Assembly: GCF_000186885.1 (NCBI RefSeq)
Contig: NC_014972.1
Location: 1,050,001 to 1,082,000 of the forward strand
Source of the DNA: Desulfobulbus propionicus DSM 2032
GTDB taxonomy: Bacteria; Desulfobacterota; Desulfobulbia; Desulfobulbales; Desulfobulbaceae
Length of the DNA stretch: 32,000 nt
Direction of reading: 5' to 3'
Of the stretch, positions 25,814 through 32,000 are shown in pieces. The notes under the pieces are model-generated. The model saw only the letters and a list, made by a program, of their open reading frames with translations, ran no database searches and was not told the origin of the DNA. A program made the position numbers and the translations under genes. How positions within the stretch are numbered: the first letter of the stretch is position 1; the number at the start of each line of letters is the position of its first letter.

Positions 25814-26332
25814 ATGGGAAAAATCGGCAGAAATCACCCCTGCCCCTGCGGTTCGGGAAAAAAATACAAACACTGCTGTCTGCCCGCCACGCAGGCGGGG
25901 GCGGCCGGCAGCCCCACCAATCAGATGAAGATATCGCTGATGGCGGCGATCGAAAGGATCCAGGCATTGGCGGCGGACAAGAAGGCTGCGTTCCATGAAC
26001 TGGGCGTGTTCCTGTTCTACAGCGATCAGGAAGGAGACGCCTGGCTGCTGGAGATCACCGAGTCCGATGCGGTGCAACTTGCCCGTGGCGGCGCACGGCT
26101 GGAGGTGCCCATCGACGAGAATCCGGAGACCATCGAGATCAACTTCAGCCATACGTTTGCCTTCCGCGATCGCCAACTGGTTCTCACCGCCTATGCCGAC
26201 AAGGCCGAAACCCAGCTGGAGCGGGCGCCCGGCCAGCAGATCCACGCCGCCATCCGTAGGCTGTACAAGCGGTATCCCAAGGAAATGCTTGAACGGATGC
26301 ACGTGGAGCCCGAGCACGGCGCCGGGGCGTAA
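25814..26332 (+). CDS. SEC-C motif domain protein (N-terminal metal-binding CPCGSGKKYKHCC)
   Basis: ATG 25814 with GAGGAG about 9 nt upstream. The second to 22nd residues, GKIGRNHPCPCGSGKKYKHCC, form the SEC-C zinc motif. The rest is unassignable. Confidence 0.7.
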   Translation: MGKIGRNHPCPCGSGKKYKHCCLPATQAGAAGSPTNQMKISLMAAIERIQALAADKKAAFHELGVFLFYSDQEGDAWLLEITESDAVQLARGGARLEVPIDENPETIEINFSHTFAFRDRQLVLTAYADKAETQLERAPGQQIHAAIRRLYKRYPKEMLERMHVEPEHGAGA

Positions 26333-26340
26333 CCTCCCAC

Positions 26341-26751
26341 ATGGCACTCCGGTACCGATGGTATCGCCTCCTCCCCGTGACCCTGGTCATGGGGGGGATT
26401 TTTTATCTTTCCCACCAAACGGGCGACAGCCTCGCCCTGCCTGACATCGTCAATATCGATAAATTCTTACACTGTCTGGTTTACACGGTGCTGGGAGTGT
26501 CCTTTCTCTATGCCTTGCCGCCGTCCTGGCGGCATCGGCATCCCTTGTTGGCCGCTTGTGCCACGGTCCTGTTCTGTTTTGGGTACGGCATTTCCGATGA
26601 AATGCACCAATTCTTTGTTCCAGGAAGGTTTGTCAGCGCGGGGGATTTGCTTGCCGATGCCCTAGGCGGCCTGTTGGCGGCGATGAGCGAGAAAGGGCGG
26701 AAAGAGTTGGTGATTTTTTTTAAAAAAAACAAATATTTAATTAAAATATAG
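26341..26751 (+). CDS. VanZ-like family membrane protein
   Basis: 136 aa with 4 hydrophobic segments. DKFLHCLVYTVLG and GISDEMHQFFVPGRFVSAGDLLADALGG match the VanZ-like pattern. Confidence 0.75.
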   Translation: MALRYRWYRLLPVTLVMGGIFYLSHQTGDSLALPDIVNIDKFLHCLVYTVLGVSFLYALPPSWRHRHPLLAACATVLFCFGYGISDEMHQFFVPGRFVSAGDLLADALGGLLAAMSEKGRKELVIFFKKNKYLIKI

Positions 26752-26815
26752 CTAACCTGGCATAACCGGTCAATTCTTAAAAAAACATGATACGTGTGCG
26801 ACCGTTTTTTGTTGT

Positions 26816-26908
26816 TTCCGAATTCAATTGACTTTTTTGGCACTATTTGAGGAACTGTCAGTTCGGAATTTTTGTTTTTCCGGAATTTAGGACGAATAGG
26901 CGGAATTT
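26816..26908 (+). promoter_or_regulatory. cluster of CGGAATT(T) / TTCCGAA motifs in AT-rich intergenic DNA
   Basis: CGGAATTT occurs as direct repeats at 26864-26871, 26881-26888 and 26901-26908 (spacing 17 and 20 nt). The middle copy sits inside the palindrome TTCCGGAA. The inverted form TTCCGAATTC occurs at 26816-26825. Function unknown. Confidence 0.3.
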
Positions 26909-27055
26909 TTAAATATTGTTTTTTGGTTTCAAACGGTTGGCCTGTTTGTCGAGATGGTGTGAGTGGATGATGTATCTGCAAAAATCGAGGTTGTTCCATT
27001 TTTTATTTAATAAAATCAATATATTGAAGTCCTGGGTAGATTCCTTGATTTTTCC

Positions 27056-27079
27056 TGTTCCCCTGTATCAGAGGGAACA
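27056..27079 (+). promoter_or_regulatory. perfect dyad TGTTCCC-N10-GGGAACA, candidate enhancer-binding-protein site (UAS)
   Basis: 7-bp inverted repeat arms at 27056-27062 and 27073-27079. The centre lies about 144 nt upstream of the GG of the candidate sigma-54 promoter. An IHF-like tATCATttggTTA (27148-27160) lies between them. Confidence 0.35.
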
Positions 27080-27209
27080 AGGCTGACGAAAGCGATAGAA
27101 AGAAAGTTGAGCCTTTGATATCCTGTTTTTTGCTAAAATTCTTTTGTTATCATTTGGTTATTATTTTGTTGGAATGTCGAGCTAAGTGGAAACACTCTAT
27201 TTCTTTTTC

Positions 27210-27227
27210 GGGATCGAATTTTGCATA
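27210..27227 (+). promoter_or_regulatory. candidate sigma-54 (-24/-12) promoter for the PEP-CTERM gene
   Basis: gGGATCgaattTTGCAt has GG at 27211-27212 and GC at 27223-27224, exactly 10 nt apart. The -12 box TTGCA is a perfect match. The -24 box matches the consensus TGGCAC at 3 of 6 positions. It lies about 80 nt upstream of ATG 27305. Confidence 0.4.
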
Positions 27228-27304
27228 AATACAAGAAAATCCGTTGCCAGCTCAGTGTGAGGATAAGAAGAAGGAGCGGATATCAGAATATACAGGAGGA
27301 CAAC

Positions 27305-27949
27305 ATGAAGAAGCGTTTATTGACGGTATGGGCGACCGGCTTGTTTGTGCTGGCAGCATCAAGTGGTGCGCAAGCCCTCACCATTAATAGTGGCGCCATA
27401 GAGGTAGGATCTATCGATACGTTGCTGACCAGTACGATATCGCCCAATAGTGGAGAAGAAGCAGAAGTGAATTGGGTCAATGGTGTTCTTGGCACAACGT
27501 ACACAGTGGCCAATTATTTCAAAGACGATTTTGATTGGGATGATCCAGGGTTTGTAAACCCTTGGAAGACGGTTGACGGAAGCAACAACGATGGGTGGGC
27601 GTATGACCTTTTGAGCGATGGTGGCTATTTTCTCATCAAAACGGGCAACTTCAAGGTGGTTGACTCAACGGGAAAGGAGGTTCAAGGGGTAACGCTCCCC
27701 GATACCTTTCTTTATCAAAACGATCCCAGCGAGGATTGGGCAGTTGTATCCCTTTCAGGAATCGCACTTCATTTGAATACCTATTTGGCCCAAAATTATT
27801 CTGGCCAATATTCCGTGGCAGCTTTTGACTTGACGAAATTAAGCCACCTTGGTGAATTCAATAATCCCATCCCCGAGCCGGCCACCATGCTGCTCTTCGG
27901 TACCGGCATCGCCGGCTTGGCAGCCGTTGCCCGGCGAAGAAAGAACTGA
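27305..27949 (+). CDS. PEP-CTERM sorting-domain secreted protein
   Basis: GGAGGA lies 5 nt upstream of ATG 27305. The signal peptide is MKKRLLTVWATGLFVLAASSGAQA|L. The C-terminus PIPEPATMLLFGTGIAGLAAVARRRKN has PEP, a TM helix and a basic tail. A/T-ending codons are noticeably more frequent than in the flanking genes. Confidence 0.9.
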   Translation: MKKRLLTVWATGLFVLAASSGAQALTINSGAIEVGSIDTLLTSTISPNSGEEAEVNWVNGVLGTTYTVANYFKDDFDWDDPGFVNPWKTVDGSNNDGWAYDLLSDGGYFLIKTGNFKVVDSTGKEVQGVTLPDTFLYQNDPSEDWAVVSLSGIALHLNTYLAQNYSGQYSVAAFDLTKLSHLGEFNNPIPEPATMLLFGTGIAGLAAVARRRKN

Positions 27950-27980
27950 GACAAAACAAGTTCCTTGATAATGGACAAAA

Positions 27981-28012
27981 AGCAGGGCAGCTCGGCCCTG
28001 CTTTTTTTTTTT
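27981..28012 (+). terminator. rho-independent terminator after the PEP-CTERM gene
   Basis: AGCAGGGC (27981-27988) pairs with GCCCTGCT (27995-28002) around a 6-nt loop. The stem runs straight into a T tract ending at 28012. Confidence 0.85.
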
Positions 28013-28172
28013 GCGTCGTGGATAAACCTTGGTGGTTGCTTTTTCTTCCCGCTCCCAGTAAGTCCTGGAATCAGGGGAAGGGGTGAGGGGACCGCTCTTC
28101 ACCTTCAGGGGCATTGGCCGACAGCGGGCGGCCTGCGCCCGCTTGTGCCGCTCTTTTCCGCACGCAGCTGCC

Positions 28173-28952
28173 ATGCCGTTCCTTGAACTGGACAGTCAAT
28201 ATCGCCTTCATTACCAGATCATTGACGGTCGGTCTGACCGTCCGTGGTTGCTCTTCCTTCACGAAGGATTGGGTTCCGTTGATCAGTGGCAGGACTTTCC
28301 CGATCAACTGTGCGAGCGCACCGGCTGTCCAGGGTTGCTCTATGATCGGCTCGGCTACGGCCAATCGTCGCCGCTTCAACGCAGTAGAACCATCCACTAT
28401 CTGCATGCCTACGCCCTGCAGGAACTGCCACGGGTGATCGAAGCCCTGATCCCTGGCCAGCCCTTCCTCCTCATCGGTCATTCCGATGGCGGCAGCATCA
28501 GCCTCATTTTCGGCGCGGAACGGCCATCCTTGCTCAAAGGCATGATCACGCTCTCGGCTCACGTTTTTGTCGAGCAGGTCAGTCTGGATGGCATCCAGCA
28601 GGCCCGGGAGGCGTTTACCCAAGGAAAATTGACGTCGGGACTTGCGCGATATCACGGTGACAAGAGCGAGACAATGTTCCAGGCCTGGGCGGAAACCTGG
28701 ACCAGTCCCTGGTTCCGATCCTGGAACATCGAATATCTGCTCCCCGCCATCGAGGCGCCGCTCCTGGTGCTTCAGGGCCGCGACGATCAGTACGGCACCC
28801 GCGCCCAGGTCGATGCCATTGTCGATCAATCTGGCGGTCCGGCCACCCCCTTGTTGCTGGAGGGGTGCGCGCATGCCCCTCATCTCGAGTTTCCCGAATT
28901 GGCCCTGGACTTGATGTCCTGTTTTGTCAACCGTGTACAGACCATCGGCTGA
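28173..28952 (+). CDS. alpha/beta-fold hydrolase
   Basis: ATG 28173 gives MPFLELDSQYRLHYQ. It has the oxyanion-region LLFLHEGLGS, the nucleophile elbow GHSDGG, and a C-terminal acid/His region (GRDDQY ... GCAHAPHLE). Substrate unknown. Confidence 0.8.
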   Translation: MPFLELDSQYRLHYQIIDGRSDRPWLLFLHEGLGSVDQWQDFPDQLCERTGCPGLLYDRLGYGQSSPLQRSRTIHYLHAYALQELPRVIEALIPGQPFLLIGHSDGGSISLIFGAERPSLLKGMITLSAHVFVEQVSLDGIQQAREAFTQGKLTSGLARYHGDKSETMFQAWAETWTSPWFRSWNIEYLLPAIEAPLLVLQGRDDQYGTRAQVDAIVDQSGGPATPLLLEGCAHAPHLEFPELALDLMSCFVNRVQTIG

Positions 28953-28997
28953 ACGAGAATCCGAAGGACAGGGCGCGCAGTTGTTTTTCCTCCTTGC

Positions 28998-29978
28998 TTA
29001 TTTGCCTTCCGTCAGCAACTTGGCCATCTCCTTGGCGAAATAGGTGAGGATAATATCCGCGCCCGCCCGGCGGATGGCGATCAGGCTTTCGGCCATGACC
29101 CGTTCGCCGTCGATCCAGCCTTTTTCGGCAGCGGCCTTGATCATCGCGTATTCGCCGCTCACCTGATAGGCGGCCACCGGCAGGTCGAATTCGTCGTGCA
29201 ATCGGCTGATGATGTCCAGATAGGCCAGGGCCGGCTTGACCATGAGAATGTCCGCGCCCTCCTCGACATCGAGGGTGGCCTCGCGCAGGGCCTCCTTGCT
29301 GTTGGCCGGGTCCATCTGGTAGGAGCGGCGGTCGCCGAATTGGGGGGCGCACTCGGCGGCATCGCGGAAGGGGCCGTAAAAGGCGGAAGCGTATTTGACC
29401 GCATAGGACATGATCGGCACCATGTGAAAGGAATTCTCGTCAAGCGCGGTGCGGATCTCGCTCACCCGGCCATCCATCATGTCCGAGGGCGCGACCATGT
29501 CGGCGCCGGCTTGGGCATGGGACAGCGCGGTCTTGGCCAGCAGTTCCAGGGTGGCGTCGTTGTCGACCTCGTGACCGGCCAGGCAGCCGCAGTGGCCGTG
29601 ATCGGTGTATTCGCACAGGCAGACATCGGTGACCACGGTCATCTCCGGAACCTTGTGCTTCAATTCGCGGATGGCCTGCTGGATGATGCCGTTTTTCGCA
29701 TAGGCCCCAGACCCCAGGCCATCCTTCTTTTCCGGCAGGCCAAAAAGAATGACCGAGCGGACCCCCAGGGCCAAGCAGTCCTTGGCCTCCTTGGCCAATT
29801 GGTCCACTGACAGGCGGAACACGCCGGGCATGGAGGCCACTTCCTGGCGGAGCCCCTTGCCGGGAAGGACAAAGAGCGGATAGATCATCTGCTCCGGGAC
29901 GAGCCGGGTTTCACGGATCATGGCGCGAAAAGTTTCGGTGCGGCGCATTCTACGCGGGCGGAATTCAGGAAAAACCAT
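28998..29978 (-). CDS. hemB: porphobilinogen synthase (delta-aminolevulinic acid dehydratase)
   Basis: 326 aa. [31 protein letters not shown] (cysteine-rich metal site), [11 protein letters not shown] and [10 protein letters not shown] (active-site Lys) are present. Confidence 0.95.
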   Translation of the reverse strand: MVFPEFRPRRMRRTETFRAMIRETRLVPEQMIYPLFVLPGKGLRQEVASMPGVFRLSVDQLAKEAKDCLALGVRSVILFGLPEKKDGLGSGAYAKNGIIQQAIRELKHKVPEMTVVTDVCLCEYTDHGHCGCLAGHEVDNDATLELLAKTALSHAQAGADMVAPSDMMDGRVSEIRTALDENSFHMVPIMSYAVKYASAFYGPFRDAAECAPQFGDRRSYQMDPANSKEALREATLDVEEGADILMVKPALAYLDIISRLHDEFDLPVAAYQVSGEYAMIKAAAEKGWIDGERVMAESLIAIRRAGADIILTYFAKEMAKLLTEGK

Positions 29979-30115
29979 GGGATACCTCGTGGTGAAATAA
30001 GGGTTGAGAAACGGGTCTGGTGCAACGAGAAGGAAGAACGTCGTGCGGTGCGTCTTGTCCGGTTCGGCTGGCGAGGGCCCGGTTGTGACGGGTGGCAGGC
30101 GAGCGGGACGCGGCC

Positions 30116-31480
30116 CTACTTGACCGCAATGCCCAAGGCCTTCACTTTTTTGTGCAGATGACTGCGTTCCATGCCGATCTGTTCGGCGGTTTTGGAAATG
30201 TTGCCGTCATTTTCCTCGATCTTGGCCGACAGGTAATCGGTTTCAAACCGGCGGCGCGCGTCCTTGAAGGAGAGGTGACGGTACATCGGATCAACAGGCT
30301 GTGCCGGCGGTGGATGCAGCGGCACGTTGCCGAGGAAAAGCGCCACGTCCTCCGCTCCGATTTCCTCGCCCGGGGTCATGATCACCAGCCGCTCCACCAG
30401 GTTGCGCAATTCGCGAACATTGCCCGGCCAGTGATGGCGTTGCAGCATGTCGAGGGCATCGGCGGAAAAGTGCCGCCATCCGATACCCTTATGACTGAAC
30501 TGCTTGACGAATTCGGCCACCAGCAACGGGATGTCCTCCCGGCGTTCGGCTAGATCGGGCACGACAAGCGGGACCACGTTCAGCCGATAGAACAGGTCGG
30601 CCCGAAAGTGACCCTGCTCGATCTCTTCTTCCAGATTCTTGTTGGTGGCCGCCAGAACGCGGACATCGACCTCGATGGTCCGAGAACCGCCCACCCTCTC
30701 GAACTTCTGTTCTTGAAGAATACGCAGCACCTTGGCCTGGCTTTTCTGGCTCATGTCACCGATCTCGTCGAGAAAAAGGGTCGAGCCGTTGGCTTGGTCG
30801 AATTTGCCCTTTTTGTTTTCCGTGGCTCCGGTGAAGGCGCCCTTGACATGGCCGAACAGTTCGGATTCGATCAACTCTTCCGGGATGGCGGCGCAGTTGA
30901 CCGCCACCATCGGGTGTTTGCTCCGCAGCGAATGGCGATGGATGGTCTGGGCCACCAGCTCCTTGCCGGTACCGTGTCCGCCCCGGATCAAGACCCAGGC
31001 GTCGGTGGGCGCAACCCGTTCAATCTGCTGCCGCAGGTGCGCCATCAGCGGACTGTTGCCGATCAGATGGGCAACTGCCGGTCCGTTTTCGCGCAGCAAC
31101 TGGTTGTCCCGTTCCAATTGCGCCAACTGCAGCCCCTTTTTGATCGAGAGGATGGTCTTGTCATAGGAGAGGGGTTTTTCGATGAAATCGAACGCGCCGT
31201 TGCGCGTCGCCTGCACTGCGGTTTCGATGGTGCCGTGTCCGGAAATCATGATCACCGGCAGGCTGAACCGCTGCTTGATCAGCCGCAGCGCCTCGAGCCC
31301 ATCCATGCCCGGCATCCAGATGTCGAGGAGAATCAAGCTGATATTTTTTTCGTCCAGCACCTGCAGCCCCTCTTCGGCGGAGGCGGCGGTCAGGGGGACG
31401 AATCCTTCGTCAACGAGAATGCCGGCAAGACTTTCGCGAATGGCGGCTTCGTCGTCAATGATGAGAATGGTGTCGGGCAT
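30116..31480 (-). CDS. sigma-54-dependent response regulator (REC + AAA+ with GAFTGA + Fis-type HTH), NtrX-like
   Basis: ATG 31480 gives [11 protein letters not shown]; the track start at 31543 adds 21 poor residues. [13 protein letters not shown] and [26 protein letters not shown] resemble NtrX. The AAA+ domain has [14 protein letters not shown] and FLDEIGDM. The C-terminal HTH is [25 protein letters not shown]. Confidence 0.88.
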   Translation of the reverse strand: MPDTILIIDDEAAIRESLAGILVDEGFVPLTAASAEEGLQVLDEKNISLILLDIWMPGMDGLEALRLIKQRFSLPVIMISGHGTIETAVQATRNGAFDFIEKPLSYDKTILSIKKGLQLAQLERDNQLLRENGPAVAHLIGNSPLMAHLRQQIERVAPTDAWVLIRGGHGTGKELVAQTIHRHSLRSKHPMVAVNCAAIPEELIESELFGHVKGAFTGATENKKGKFDQANGSTLFLDEIGDMSQKSQAKVLRILQEQKFERVGGSRTIEVDVRVLAATNKNLEEEIEQGHFRADLFYRLNVVPLVVPDLAERREDIPLLVAEFVKQFSHKGIGWRHFSADALDMLQRHHWPGNVRELRNLVERLVIMTPGEEIGAEDVALFLGNVPLHPPPAQPVDPMYRHLSFKDARRRFETDYLSAKIEENDGNISKTAEQIGMERSHLHKKVKALGIAVK

Positions 31481-31557
31481 CGGGACGTACTGAGGGCAAG
31501 GAACAATCGGAAAAATGGCGAACCGTGGAGGGCGAGCTGGCAAACATGGGCATCATA

Positions 31558-32000
31558 TCAGGTATCCAGCGGCAGCTCAACCGCAAACACCGCCCCTGTC
31601 GGAGTGTTGTCGTAAACGCGAATGGAGCCGCCGTGCTCGCTGACAATGGTGTGGGCGATGGCCAGCCCCAGTCCGGTGCCGGATTTGCGAGTGGAAAAAT
31701 AAGGCTCGAAGATACGGAGCTTGACCTCGTCGCTGATCCCTGGGCCGGTATCGGCCACCTCCAAGCGGACGGTCGCGCCGTTCCCGCCTGGGCCGAGGGT
31801 GACCGCAATGTTGCCGCCGCCGGCGAGCACCGATACCGCGTTGTCGAGCAGATTGATGAGCACCCGCTTGATCTGTACCGCATCAAAGAGGAATTCGGGC
31901 AGGGCGGGGTCGGCATGGCAGGTGATGGTCAATTGTTTGTGCGCTTCCTGGTAGAGCACGACCACTTCCTGGACCAGGAGGCCGAGATTTTTGCGTTCCT
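31558..32000 (-). CDS. sensor histidine kinase, C-terminal HATPase part only (NtrY-like); continues beyond the window
   Basis: The frame stays open upstream of the GTG at 31965 to the window edge. The N-box is VLINLLDNA, the G1 box VADTGPGI, and then FEPYFSTRKSGTGLGLAIAHTIV. Stop at 31558-31560, 77 nt upstream of the regulator's start. Confidence 0.85.
   Translation of the reverse strand, partial: ERKNLGLLVQEVVVLYQEAHKQLTITCHADPALPEFLFDAVQIKRVLINLLDNAVSVLAGGGNIAVTLGPGGNGATVRLEVADTGPGISDEVKLRIFEPYFSTRKSGTGLGLAIAHTIVSEHGGSIRVYDNTPTGAVFAVELPLDT

Noticed and set aside
26838-26852. TGGCAC at 26838 as a sigma-54 -24 box
   Set aside because: Ten nt after the GG the sequence is GG, not GC (TGGCACtatttgaGG). 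There is no TTGC-like -12 element, and the site lies about 460 nt from the nearest start codon.
26508-26999. 163-aa minus-strand ORF in the AT-rich spacer
   Set aside because: It overlaps the 3' half of the vanZ-like gene. The rest is K/N/F/I-rich low-complexity translation of AT-rich DNA. There is no RBS and no motif.
28124-28142. Perfect 7-bp GC hairpin (GCGGGCG-GCCTG-CGCCCGC) 30 nt upstream of the hydrolase start
   Set aside because: No U-tract follows it. The upstream gene already has a strong terminator at 27981-28012, and the hairpin occurs only once in the window. It could be a 5'-UTR structure, but nothing supports a specific call.

Overview
This is a GC-rich bacterial chromosomal segment with tightly packed, often overlapping genes. 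The gene content (sigma-54 enhancer-binding regulator, HD-GYP, PilZ, PEP-CTERM, DUF362) suggests a Desulfobacterota or deltaproteobacterial-type genome, but that is inference only. I call about 31 protein genes and one tRNA. I found no rRNA, CRISPR array, transposase or integrase.

The housekeeping backbone is fabL; metK-ahcY-trmFO (methyl cycle); a minus-strand chain of tRNA-Gly(GCC), rplM-rpsI and argC-truA-maf; then hisB and hemB.

Four things are not ordinary:
1. A roughly 1,430-aa HEAT-repeat protein ends in a cNMP-like domain plus an intact PilZ domain. It contains an internal 552-bp tandem duplication and has no catalytic domain.
2. A zinc-finger/TOPRIM/DnaB-like primase-helicase-type gene follows it on the same strand, with no mobile-element context.
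3. A seven-gene, tightly or translationally coupled plus-strand cluster spans 17855-25680. It encodes a TtcA-like PP-loop ATPase, a DUF89 protein, a metallophosphoesterase, a Ser/Thr kinase fused to DUF1566, a 159-aa unknown protein, a sensor histidine kinase, and a REC/HD-GYP regulator.
4. A visibly AT-rich islet (26752-28012) carries one PEP-CTERM secreted protein. Upstream of it lie a sigma-54-like promoter, a dyad element and CGGAATTT repeats.

The window ends with an NtrY/NtrX-like sensor kinase plus sigma-54 activator pair.

Many very long ORFs in the six-frame track are codon-aligned antisense shadows of real genes, and I rejected them. All product calls rest on motif recognition from the translations. 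No database search was possible.
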